Source: Candidatus Binatia bacterium
GTDB lineage: Bacteria; Desulfobacterota; Binatia; UBA9968; JAJDTQ01
Length of the DNA stretch: 64,000 nucleotides
Direction: 5' to 3'
NCBI GenBank assembly: GCA_963666515.2
Contig: OY762897.2
Span: forward strand, 128,001-192,000
This document shows positions 28,617 to 37,738 of the stretch, piece by piece. A program made the position numbers and the translations under genes. Numbering within the stretch: position 1 is the first letter of the stretch; every line of letters starts with the position of its first letter. Under the pieces are notes generated by a model, which was given only the letters and a program-made list of their open reading frames with translations, searched no databases and had not been told where the DNA came from.

Positions 28617-30673
28617 CCGTTCGAGTCTCCCACCACTGGCTCTTCAGCCTCGCCCAGCGGTACAAAAACGTCCCGCGGCAAGGCGGCCATGCTGGACTGA
28701 TGACGAAGCCGACTGGCAAGCCAACGCCGGCGCCAGAAGGCCGCGATACGTTCCGTGGCGTCCTCGTATCCGTCCGGTGCCGCGACATAGCCTGGCAACT
28801 CCGTTACGCGCTCCTGCAACCAATCCCGCGCCTTCGGAAAGAGCGGAGCGCCGTAGATCAGGCGGTGATGTCGATGCTGGATCAGCTTGTCGGGATCGAA
28901 TCCCAGCTTGCGAAGACCCATCTTCACCTTGCGTAGCTTCGGACTCGTCCCTTCCCCGAAGACGCTGTTCACCTCCTTGAAATCGCGTTCGTAAGCGAGA
29001 TAGGCATCGATCGCCCTACTTGTATCCGGCGAGAATTGAATCGTCCCGAAGCCCGAAGTCTGACCGATCGCGTTGTAAGGGATGCTTTCCTGCTCCGGGG
29101 CGATCGTGCCCGCAGGCAACTGCAGCCGATTGTATTGACTGGAGCCGTGCACGTAGAGGCTGGTCGTGCCAAGATAAACAAGTGTGCTGTCGCGTATGAC
29201 GCGACGGTTTTTCATCTGCGACGAGATGATAGACGGACTTGCATATCGGCGTCGGTAGTCGGCGCTGACCTGCGGGCTAAGCATCAGCAGAGCGACCAGC
29301 TTACCACCAAGAATTCGATTGTACGGCGCGATCGCACCGCATGTCGTGATTTCAAGCAGATTGGCGCCGGCCCGTCGCCCCTTAAGCGCCTCCAGCACGA
29401 TATTGATGGCGCTTCCAACCTTGTCTTTCCCAAGCGCTGTACACGCGAGGTCAGGGTCGGTGAGTTCCTCCCGGTGCTGTGCGATGACGAGCCGGGCCGA
29501 GAGCAGGCGTGACAGTGCCAGGGCTCGCTTCTTGGCCACGAGCTGCTTGCGGGCGGCATGCATGCGCGCGTCGACGGACGCCTTGGCCTCCAGTTTAAGG
29601 ATGTCGTCATCGACCGGAGGAGCTGTTGCATCGTTCCAGAGATCGGCCTCGAATTGATCCTGCGTAGAACCGGCGACCTCCCTGAGCAGAGTTTCCCGCA
29701 ACTTCGAGAATTCTTGGCTGCGCAGTGCGAGCCGACGAACCACCGCATCGTCGGGAGATTCCACTTCTTCCGCAGTTACGAGATTGGTCCAATCGATTTC
29801 CGCGAGCGACGTCTCGAGTTGGTGTTCCAGCCACCGAACTTCCTCTCTCAGCGCCGCCTTGCCGTTGGCTGCGGCCCCGATGAACCGTTCGACGATAGCT
29901 GCGAGGTGCCATCCGATGTATCGCTCGCGCTTCTCGCCCATTTCGAGAGGACAATTGTTCAGCGCGGCGATACCGATGACTGGATGCGCCCGATGCGCGG
30001 CGTCTCTCACAAGGTAAAGGAGCTGCCGTCCCGGGGTCGACACTTGCGGTATCGACCAAGTGTATCGGAAATAACGCCAAATCTCGCGGAGCTGCCGTCC
30101 GGTCGTCGGATCCACACTCCCGTCCGCTTCCTGAAGATACGGCTTGATGGCGTCGCCCAGAGCCGCCACCTTTTCATCGCCTTCAAGGTCGCGTGCAGGC
30201 GCGAGCCTTGCTGCCAGCTCCGCTCCGTCCGCCGTGAGCAGTCGCACACTACGCCGACCTGAACGGTCTTCTCTTTCCATCCTGGCAATAAAGTCCAAAA
30301 CGGCAGGGTGCCGTTTCTGCTCATCGACAATGGGCTGCAACTCACCGCGTAACATCTTCTTGCTGGCTATAATCTCCGATGTTGGCCGTCCACCGACCCG
30401 TTCCTTGCGATTCTCCAGAGCGAATCCGTAGCCTTGTTCGGCGATACGCCAGCGCAGCCGCGCGAGATCGGACAGAACCCTGATACACGCTTCATAGGCC
30501 AACACGTTTTCTTCGCTGCACTTTGCTGATTGGCACCAATTTATCTCTTCCTCCAATGCACCACTAATGTCGTTCGCGTTGCGCGCACGCTGGGCACACG
30601 CGAGTCTCATTGCAAACGCATGAAACCGCTCAGCGGATTCTCCATCCAGGGGTGGAAATATCGGTACGATCAT
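28613..30673 (-). CDS. DruA (DUF4338)-family protein, 686 aa
   Basis: IWRYFRYTWSIP..STPGRQLLYLVRDAA..HPVIGIAAL, CGAIAPYNRILGGKLVALL, TTSLY..GSSQYNRL, GQTSGFGT and FGEGTSPKLR are signatures of long DruA/DUF4338 proteins. Confidence 0.8.
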   Translation of the reverse strand: MIVPIFPPLDGESAERFHAFAMRLACAQRARNANDISGALEEEINWCQSAKCSEENVLAYEACIRVLSDLARLRWRIAEQGYGFALENRKERVGGRPTSEIIASKKMLRGELQPIVDEQKRHPAVLDFIARMEREDRSGRRSVRLLTADGAELAARLAPARDLEGDEKVAALGDAIKPYLQEADGSVDPTTGRQLREIWRYFRYTWSIPQVSTPGRQLLYLVRDAAHRAHPVIGIAALNNCPLEMGEKRERYIGWHLAAIVERFIGAAANGKAALREEVRWLEHQLETSLAEIDWTNLVTAEEVESPDDAVVRRLALRSQEFSKLRETLLREVAGSTQDQFEADLWNDATAPPVDDDILKLEAKASVDARMHAARKQLVAKKRALALSRLLSARLVIAQHREELTDPDLACTALGKDKVGSAINIVLEALKGRRAGANLLEITTCGAIAPYNRILGGKLVALLMLSPQVSADYRRRYASPSIISSQMKNRRVIRDSTLVYLGTTSLYVHGSSQYNRLQLPAGTIAPEQESIPYNAIGQTSGFGTIQFSPDTSRAIDAYLAYERDFKEVNSVFGEGTSPKLRKVKMGLRKLGFDPDKLIQHRHHRLIYGAPLFPKARDWLQERVTELPGYVAAPDGYEDATERIAAFWRRRWLASRLRHQSSMAALPRDVFVPLGEAEEPVVGDSNG

Positions 30674-31122
30674 TGGCCCGCAACACTCTTCGATCCGCGA
30701 GGATTCTTACTTTCGCTCCATGCACCAAGACTTCGGCGAGCGCCTCGAACAGGCTGTTCACCAAGTCCTCGCCGCGGCCTTGGTCATTCCTGTCGGACTG
30801 GCGAGCTGATTGGCGATCCCCGTTGTTCGTGGCTTCCGCTTCTTGACCCGGCGGCAGCATGGCGCCGTTCCCTGACGGCTGATCGCCCCAATCATCCGTT
30901 CGACTACCACGAATCGCCATCGGTTGCGATGCTCGGGGTCCCCTTGTGAGGTGGTCTCACTTCGGTGGACAGGTAGGCGGCAGAAATGAGGTATCTTCCG
31001 GGTGGTCGATCATGCCGCTAGGGTCCTGTTTCCATGAAATAAGTGTGAACGGTCAGCGTCCGGGCCAGACGGCAGGGCACTTTTCTTTGCGTCTGATTTG
31101 CAGTATGATTGCAATATAGCCA

Positions 31123-32346
31123 ATGTACTATACGCGCACTCTTGAATCGTACTGGCTGGAGGTCTCGCGGCAGTTCCCCGTGCTGCTGCTGACCGGCCCA
31201 CGTCAAGTCGGGAAGACTACGCTTCTGCGGCACCTTGCGGAAGACGCTCGCCGTTATGTCTCCCTCGACAATCCGGTGCTGCGTGATCTGGCGAATGACG
31301 ATCCGGCGCTCTTCTTGCAGCGGTACGAGCCGCCGGTGCTCATCGACGAGATTCAGTATGCTCCCGGACTATTGCCGCTGATCAAGGTGATCGTGGACGA
31401 CAATCGCCAGCCGGGGCTGTTCTGGCTGACGGGGTCGCAGCAGTTCCAGGCCATGAGGGGCGTTTCCGAGTCCTTGGCGGGGCGGGTCGGAATCATCAAC
31501 CTGCTGGGCTTCTCCTCCCGCGAGCGACATCAACGTGATGCCGCCGTGTCTCCTTTTCTGCCGACGCGGCCCATTCTGGCCGAGCGCCAGCCGGCGCTTC
31601 GCATGAGCGGCCTCGACGAGGTGTACCGCGATATCTGGACTGGTGGATTTCCCGGGCTTGTTGCCGGCCCGATCAACGACCGCGAGCTGTTCTACAGTTC
31701 CTACTTGCAGACTTACCTTGAACGAGACCTCCGCGCCCTGTCACAGGTCGGCAATGAAATGGCGTTCCTCCGCTTTCTCAAGGCATGCGCGGCGCGAACC
31801 GCTCAGATGCTCAATCTGTCCAACTTGGCCCGCGACGCCGACGTAAGCGTCAACACCGCGAAGAACTGGCTCTCGATCCTGCAGGCGAGCCTCCAGGTCG
31901 AGCTGCTTCAGCCGTACCATGCCAATGTCACGAAGCGTCTGGTCAAACGGCCGAAGCTGTACTTCCTCGACACCGGCTTGTGCGCGTATCTGACGGAGTG
32001 GACTTCCCCCGAGACCCTGGAGGCCGGCGCCATGTCGGGAGCCATGTTCGAGACCCACGTGGTGGCGGATATCCTGAAGAGTTGGTGGCACAGGGGGAGA
32101 AGGCCGCAGTTGTACTACTACCGCGACAAGGACGGCCGGGAGGTGGACCTGCTGTTCGTCGCCGATGGGACCCTTTATCCGGTCGAGATCAAGAAGTCGG
32201 CTTCGCCCCGGAGATCCTGGTTGCCGGCCTTCGCCGCTCTACGGCGGCTGGACATGCCGGTGGGCGAGGGGGCGGTCGTGTGTCTCTGTGACCAGCCGGT
32301 CCCCTTGGACGACCATGTCAATGCTGTCCCGGTCGGGCTGGTGTAA
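31123..32346 (+). CDS. AAA_14 ATPase with DUF4143 (restriction-endonuclease-like) C-terminus
   Basis: LTGPRQVGKTT, IDEIQYAP, LTGSQ..ESLAGR, KLYFLDTGL and EVDLL...PVEIKKS. Confidence 0.9.
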   Translation: MYYTRTLESYWLEVSRQFPVLLLTGPRQVGKTTLLRHLAEDARRYVSLDNPVLRDLANDDPALFLQRYEPPVLIDEIQYAPGLLPLIKVIVDDNRQPGLFWLTGSQQFQAMRGVSESLAGRVGIINLLGFSSRERHQRDAAVSPFLPTRPILAERQPALRMSGLDEVYRDIWTGGFPGLVAGPINDRELFYSSYLQTYLERDLRALSQVGNEMAFLRFLKACAARTAQMLNLSNLARDADVSVNTAKNWLSILQASLQVELLQPYHANVTKRLVKRPKLYFLDTGLCAYLTEWTSPETLEAGAMSGAMFETHVVADILKSWWHRGRRPQLYYYRDKDGREVDLLFVADGTLYPVEIKKSASPRRSWLPAFAALRRLDMPVGEGAVVCLCDQPVPLDDHVNAVPVGLV

Positions 32347-32427
32347 CGGGTTTCGTGTTCGCGTTGTGGGACCGGTGTCCTTCGTGAATGCCGGGTCCGC
32401 TAAGGCGGGTACGGACAGACCGCAGGC

Positions 32428-32456
32428 TTGATTTTCGGCGCCTGGAGGTCTAGAGT
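32428..32456 (+). promoter_or_regulatory. sigma70-like promoter
   Basis: TTGATT (32428-32433), 17-bp spacer, TAGAGT (32451-32456). Confidence 0.6.
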
Positions 32457-32462
32457 GTCGAC

Positions 32463-32521
32463 AATACCCCCTGCGGTTTCGACCGCAGGGCGCGGGGCCT
32501 CTTCGGAGGCCCTTGCTTTTT
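32463..32521 (+). ncRNA. Candidate ~60-nt structured RNA or attenuator upstream of the NYN gene
   Basis: Hairpin CCCTGCGGT-TTCG-ACCGCAGGG (32469-32490), then GGGCCTC-TTCG-GAGGCCC (32495-32512) followed by TTGCTTTTT. Confidence 0.55.
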
Positions 32522-32533
32522 CTACGGGCGTTG

Positions 32534-33157
32534 ATGCGTACCTTCGTCTATGTCGACGGGTTCAATCTGTACTACGGAGCACTCAAGGGCACGTCATGGA
32601 AATGGCTGGATCTGCCTGCTCTGTTCGCGAAGGTGCTGCAGCCGCACCACGACATCCTGACGGTCAAATATTACACAGCGCGAGTGTCTGCCACGCCCGC
32701 CGACCAGTCGAAACCCCAGCGACAAGACGTCTATCTCCGCGCCCTTCGGCACTATCGACCCGAGGTTGACGTGTATTTCGGGCATTTCCTGAGTCACGCG
32801 GTGCGAGCACCCCTCGCTCGTCCGGTGGGGAACCGGCGTGTGGCAGAGGTGATTCGCACCGAGGAGAAGGGCTCGGACGTCAATCTCGCAGTTCATCTGC
32901 TCAATGACTGCTGGCTGGACGCGTACGACTGCGCAGTGGTGGTCAGCAACGATAGCGATATCGCGGAAGCGATGCGCTTGGTAAGGCAGTATCACGCCAA
33001 GCGGATTGGTCTGGTGACGCCGGGAAGCAGCAGACCGTCGCGCCAACTGATGGCACATGCGGATTTTTCGAGGCGTGTCCGGCCCAATGCCCTGCGGGAC
33101 TCGCAACTGCCGGACCCGATACCGGGCACCAACATCCGAAAACCCGCAGGCTGGTAG
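32534..33157 (+). CDS. NYN domain (LabA/DUF88, PIN-like) RNase
   Basis: MRTFVYVDGFNLYYG, EEKGSDVNLA and VVSNDSDI catalytic acidic motifs. Confidence 0.9.
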   Translation: MRTFVYVDGFNLYYGALKGTSWKWLDLPALFAKVLQPHHDILTVKYYTARVSATPADQSKPQRQDVYLRALRHYRPEVDVYFGHFLSHAVRAPLARPVGNRRVAEVIRTEEKGSDVNLAVHLLNDCWLDAYDCAVVVSNDSDIAEAMRLVRQYHAKRIGLVTPGSSRPSRQLMAHADFSRRVRPNALRDSQLPDPIPGTNIRKPAGW

Positions 33158-33173
33158 CGGGGCGCGACCGCGC

Positions 33174-33201
33174 CGACATCAGCGGCGTGGCCTTCGTCAA
33201 A
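33174..33201 (+). repeat. 28-bp direct repeat, right copy
   Basis: Identical to 18721-18748. Confidence 0.95.
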
Positions 33202-33228
33202 CAGATCGGCGTCCGCGATCACGAAGTT

Positions 33229-34695
33229 TCAAACCCGCCTGCCTGATTCAGTAACCGTCGAAGCCGCCTCCAGGTACTCTTCCTCGGCGGCGCGGAGGCG
33301 TTCGGCAATTTCTGGACTGCTCTTGCGGCCGGTCCACTGTTCTCTTGCTTGCGCCACCCTTTCCGCTAACGCCGCGGCTTGGCGGTCCAGCGCGGCCTCG
33401 TCGATGTGCGGGCTTACGCCGTCTTGTAAGACGACCTCGCCGCTCACCAGCACAGTATCGACGCTACGCCCGTTCTCCGAGTAGACAAGGCTCTGCACGA
33501 GGTCCGCGGCCGGCCACATCCGTGTGCCGGGTTTCAGGACGCAGATGTCGGCCAGATGGCCCGGAGCAATCCTGCCGGTTCGCAGCCCCAATGCCTTGGC
33601 GCCGCCGGTGGTGGCCATGGCAAGGCTTTCCGCCGCACTGATCCAGGCGTTGAAGTCCGGCTCGCTCGGGCGCCGCATGAGCGCCGCCATCTTCATCTGA
33701 TCGAACACGGAGTAGCCGTCGCTGGTGTCGCCGCCGTCGGAGCCCAGGGCCACGGTGATGCCGCGGTCCAGCATCTCGCGGATTCGGGCGATGCCGCTCC
33801 CGAGCTTGGCGTTGCTGCACGGGTTGTGAACCACCGCCGGCTGCCTGTCCTTGAGGACATCGAGCTCCCGGTCGGTGAGGTGCACCGCGTGGGCAAGGGA
33901 GGTCCCGGGCCGGAGCAGACCGAGCCGTGACGCCCGCTCCACCGTGGTTTCGCCGGTGACGGTGCGCTGCGTGGCTTCGACCCGAGTTTCCAGGAAATGG
34001 GTGTGCATGAGCAACTCCCTGTCCTCGGCCATGGCCAGACACCGGCTCAGGAAGTCGTCGGTGCAGGTGTGCGGCGAACTGGGCGCGACCACGCCCTGGA
34101 CGTTCGCCGGTCCGCCGGCGATCAAGTCCAGGGCCTGGGTCAGCCGATCCAACTCTTCAAGGGCGGCGGCGGACGCCTCATGATCAGGCACCACGCGCCG
34201 CCAGCCCGCGTCGGCCACCGATGGTGCGATGAAGGTACGGATGCCGATGCGCTCGGCCGCGTCGATGCACGCGCGGATATCCTCCAGGTCGATGGCGCCG
34301 CGCCGCGAGAGGTGGTGCAGCACCGTGGTGGTGCCGTGCTTGAGGTTCTCCAGCAGCGCGATGTGGTTGGCCGCCAGCAAATCGTCGTAGCCCGGTTCCA
34401 GGATGTCCTCGATGCCGCGCCTCTCCGGCAGCCACACCTCGAAGGGCACCCGGTCCCGCAAGCTCCGCTGCAAGGCTTCGGTGTGATGGCAGTGGGTGTT
34501 CACCAGGCCCGGTATCACGACCTTGTCGCGCGCATCGATGATGAGTGCTTCAGCCGAAATCTCCAGGGGCTGGCCCGGCAGGGGCTCGACGCTCTCGATC
34601 AGCTCTCCGCGGATCCGGATCAAACGGTCCCGGAGCACGGGCTCGAAGGCCGCGCCCACCAGCGTTCCCGCCAGGATGACCTTGTCGTCGTTCAT
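33229..34695 (-). CDS. AtzA/TrzA/MTA-deaminase-like amidohydrolase
   Basis: IPGLVNTHCH, HTHFLE, LAHAVHL, HNPCSNAKLGSG and LGSDG motifs. Confidence 0.88.
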   Translation of the reverse strand: MNDDKVILAGTLVGAAFEPVLRDRLIRIRGELIESVEPLPGQPLEISAEALIIDARDKVVIPGLVNTHCHHTEALQRSLRDRVPFEVWLPERRGIEDILEPGYDDLLAANHIALLENLKHGTTTVLHHLSRRGAIDLEDIRACIDAAERIGIRTFIAPSVADAGWRRVVPDHEASAAALEELDRLTQALDLIAGGPANVQGVVAPSSPHTCTDDFLSRCLAMAEDRELLMHTHFLETRVEATQRTVTGETTVERASRLGLLRPGTSLAHAVHLTDRELDVLKDRQPAVVHNPCSNAKLGSGIARIREMLDRGITVALGSDGGDTSDGYSVFDQMKMAALMRRPSEPDFNAWISAAESLAMATTGGAKALGLRTGRIAPGHLADICVLKPGTRMWPAADLVQSLVYSENGRSVDTVLVSGEVVLQDGVSPHIDEAALDRQAAALAERVAQAREQWTGRKSSPEIAERLRAAEEEYLEAASTVTESGRRV

Positions 34696-34771
34696 GGGTT
34701 CTTCTCCGGTGTGGTGGACGGGGACGGTCGCGGCGTCGGCGCGAACCCGCGGCCCCTGATGCCGTGCTCCC

Positions 34772-36082
34772 TCACAGCATGTTCGGCAGCCACAACGCGA
34801 TGCCCGGAAACGCGATCAGCAGGACCAGCACCACCAGGTCGCAGGCCAGGAAGGGCAGGGCGGAGACGTAGACGTCGCGCATGGTGGTGTCGGGCGGCGC
34901 CGCGGCCTTGACGGCAAAGAGGCTCGTGCCGAAGGGCGGGGAGGTCAGCGCCATCTCGGCGTTGAGGAGCATCAGCAGCCCGAACCACACGGGGTCGTAG
35001 CCCAGCGCGATCACCACCGGCAGGAAGATCGGGATGGTGACCATGAAGATGGTCACCACTTCCATGATCATGCCCAGTATGAGCACCACGATCATCATGC
35101 CGATGATGATCAGGATGGGCGCCACGTCGAGGCCGGCGACGAAGCCGCTGATTCCCCGGGTGATGCCGGCGAAGGCCATGATCTGGCTGAAGGTGGCCGA
35201 GGAGGCGAAGATCATCAGGATCATGGTGGAGACCCGTACGGTGCCGCGCAGCGACACCAGCACGAGGTTCCAGTCGAGCTTGCCGTAGACCCCGGCCAGG
35301 ATGAACGCGCCGAGGGCGCCAGTGACCGCGGACTGGGACGGCGTCGCCACCCCGAGGAAGATGAGGCCCAAGGTGAGGAAGACGATCAGCCCCAGGGGCA
35401 CCACGTACACCAGGGTTTCGTACACGCGCCGCGCCAAGGGCGGCCGCTCCACCGCGTACGCGGGAGCGAGGTCCGTCTGGATGGCCGCGCGGGTGACGAT
35501 GTAGATCATGTAGAGGGCGGCGAGCATGAGCCCGGGGACGGCCCCGCCGATGAGGATCTTGGCTACGGATATCTTGGCGATGGCCGCCAGGATGATGGCG
35601 AGCCCGCTGGGCGGGATCATCATGGCGAGTCCGCCGCCGCCGAGGATGGGACCCAGGCTCATGGGTTTCTTGTACCCCTGCTTCTCCATCTCGGGGGTAA
35701 GCACGGTGGCCATGACCGTGGAGCTGGCCAGGGACGAGCCGCTCATGGTGGCGAACAGGGTGGCGAAGGCGATTCCCAGGATCGACAGCCGTCCGGGTAT
35801 GCTGCCGAGCCAGTCGCCCAGCACCCGGAGCATGGTGTTGCCCATGCCGGAGTGGAAGATCACCATGCCCATGAGCGTGAATTCCACGATGGCCAGCAGC
35901 GTGAAGGTGGACAGCGCGGTCTGCATGTTGAGCACCACCAGCTCCATGCCCGGGCCGCCGCCCCAAAGGGTCAGCGCCCCGCCGGCGGTCACCAGCATGA
36001 AGACGAAGGCGATGGGCAGGCCGGTCATCAGCAGCACGACGATGACCGAGAAGAAGGTCAGCAGCAGGAGCGGCCAATCCAT
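34772..36082 (-). CDS. dctM: TRAP transporter large permease
   Basis: Polytopic membrane protein with MSGSSLA, MMIPPS, GVATP and LTSPPFG motifs. Confidence 0.92.
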   Translation of the reverse strand: MDWPLLLLTFFSVIVVLLMTGLPIAFVFMLVTAGGALTLWGGGPGMELVVLNMQTALSTFTLLAIVEFTLMGMVIFHSGMGNTMLRVLGDWLGSIPGRLSILGIAFATLFATMSGSSLASSTVMATVLTPEMEKQGYKKPMSLGPILGGGGLAMMIPPSGLAIILAAIAKISVAKILIGGAVPGLMLAALYMIYIVTRAAIQTDLAPAYAVERPPLARRVYETLVYVVPLGLIVFLTLGLIFLGVATPSQSAVTGALGAFILAGVYGKLDWNLVLVSLRGTVRVSTMILMIFASSATFSQIMAFAGITRGISGFVAGLDVAPILIIIGMMIVVLILGMIMEVVTIFMVTIPIFLPVVIALGYDPVWFGLLMLLNAEMALTSPPFGTSLFAVKAAAPPDTTMRDVYVSALPFLACDLVVLVLLIAFPGIALWLPNML

Positions 36083-36115
36083 GGCGTTAAGGGTTCCAGG
36101 CGGGAGACCGGGCGC

Positions 36116-36646
36116 TCATCTCCGGTCCTCGGATGTTGCCTTGGCGTCTTGCCAGCGCCGGTAGTAGCCGCAGGTCCTACGCATGAACTGGATGCACAGC
36201 GAGGCCGCGCCGACGGGGATGGGGATCAGGAGCGGATACAGTGGCGGCTTGAGGGGACTCTCGTACATCTTCGTGCCGGCCATGTACTCCATGATGGTGG
36301 TGGTGGTGGCGTAGTAGGCCAGCACCCCGGTCACCAGCACCCCGACGGCAGAGGTCATCACCCCCAGGAACGCTTGGCTCCTGGGGCCCAGCACTTCCAC
36401 GACCACCTCCACCTTGACGTGGCCGTCCTCCCGCAACAGCCATGCCGCGCCGAAGAAGGCCAGGTAGAGGAGGCAGTACTCGGCGATCTCGATGGCCCAG
36501 CCCTGAGCCGAGGCAAAGAACTGCCGGCTTGCGATGTCGGAAAGGGTGAGCAGGGAGGCCAGGACCACCGCCACCGCGGAGATCAGCATGGAGACGTCCA
36601 GGAAACGGTCCCAGGCCGCCCCGAGTTTCGTAAGGAATACCTTCAA
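36116..36646 (-). CDS. dctQ: TRAP transporter small permease
   Basis: Four hydrophobic helices, WAIEIAEY and LLREDGHVKVE; lies between dctP and dctM. Confidence 0.88.
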   Translation of the reverse strand: MKVFLTKLGAAWDRFLDVSMLISAVAVVLASLLTLSDIASRQFFASAQGWAIEIAEYCLLYLAFFGAAWLLREDGHVKVEVVVEVLGPRSQAFLGVMTSAVGVLVTGVLAYYATTTTIMEYMAGTKMYESPLKPPLYPLLIPIPVGAASLCIQFMRRTCGYYRRWQDAKATSEDRR

Positions 36647-36653
36647 CGCCGGG

Positions 36654-37631
36654 TCACCGGCTCATCATGGGTCGCATCTTGTCAACGAGCTCCTTGCCGA
36701 CGCTCTTCTCGACCCGCGCCCAGGACTTCGTCATGACGTCGTTGAAGAAGCCGTCGTTGACGTCCTTGGGCCAGTCGATGCGCACCATGCCGTTCTTCTT
36801 GGCGACCTGCCAGGCCGCGTCGAACTCCTTTTTCTTGAGGGCGACGAGGCCCTTCTCGGTCTCCGCCGCGGCATCGACCAGGGCTTGCTGCAGGTCGGCG
36901 GGCAGGCTGTTGAACTTCTTGAGGTTGACGCAAAGCACCGTGTTCTGTGCCGTGAAGAAGCCGGGGCCCACCCAGTACTTGAGCACTTCATAGAGCTTCC
37001 CGTCCACCACGGTCGCCATGGGCGCCGGTCTCACGTCGATCAGGCCCCGTTGAAGGGCCGAATAGACTTCCGGACTCGCAACCCGTACCTTGCGCCCGCC
37101 GGCCCGTTCGATGATCGGCTCGTAGATCCCGGAGGTCCGGAATCCCAATCCCTTGAGATCCTCCGGCTTCTCCGCCTTCTTGGTGCTGACGAGCACGTAA
37201 GGCGTGGCCGTCGAGGTCCGTCCCAGGTAGCGGAACCCGTTCTTCGCGAACTCCGCCACGAGAAAGTCGTAGAGTCCGCTCTTCCGCTCCTCCGCCGGGG
37301 TGAGCTGGGAGAGGTGTATCACCTGCGCCGCCTTGACGTGGAGCACGTAGGCCCACGCCACGCTCATGTCGAGCACGCCCTTCTGGACCGCGGCGGGCTG
37401 CTTCCTGCCCGGCGTGATCTCCGGTCCGCCGATCCAGTCGATCTTGAGCTTGCCCTTGGACTTCTCTGCCACCAGCTTGATGAACGTGGGAATGGCAGAC
37501 AGGGTGACCGCCGTCTTGGGGTCATAGGTGGCGAGCTTCAACGTGGTTTCAGCCGCGGCAGGATTCCAGCCAGAGAATGCCAGCACTACGGTCAGGATCA
37601 GGCCCGGTACGAAACCCTTTGCATGCTTCAT
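36654..37631 (-). CDS. dctP: TRAP solute-binding protein
   Basis: Signal peptide, PEDLKGLGFR and EVYSALQRGLID. Confidence 0.9.
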   Translation of the reverse strand: MKHAKGFVPGLILTVVLAFSGWNPAAAETTLKLATYDPKTAVTLSAIPTFIKLVAEKSKGKLKIDWIGGPEITPGRKQPAAVQKGVLDMSVAWAYVLHVKAAQVIHLSQLTPAEERKSGLYDFLVAEFAKNGFRYLGRTSTATPYVLVSTKKAEKPEDLKGLGFRTSGIYEPIIERAGGRKVRVASPEVYSALQRGLIDVRPAPMATVVDGKLYEVLKYWVGPGFFTAQNTVLCVNLKKFNSLPADLQQALVDAAAETEKGLVALKKKEFDAAWQVAKKNGMVRIDWPKDVNDGFFNDVMTKSWARVEKSVGKELVDKMRPMMSR

Positions 37632-37738
37632 GGCGATACCTCCTCGATACGTCCTTGAAGATTCGTTGGGCGCCCGGAAAACGGCCCGACGTTACTCGCA
37701 ACGCCGAAAGCTTGTCAAGCAGGGTTTCCTGTCGCTGA

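Noticed and set aside
28613-30673. Calling the locus canonical Druantia type I
   Set aside because: No DruE (SF2 helicase plus DUF1998) is present, and the large downstream gene carries a nuclease motif and a RuvB-like domain instead.
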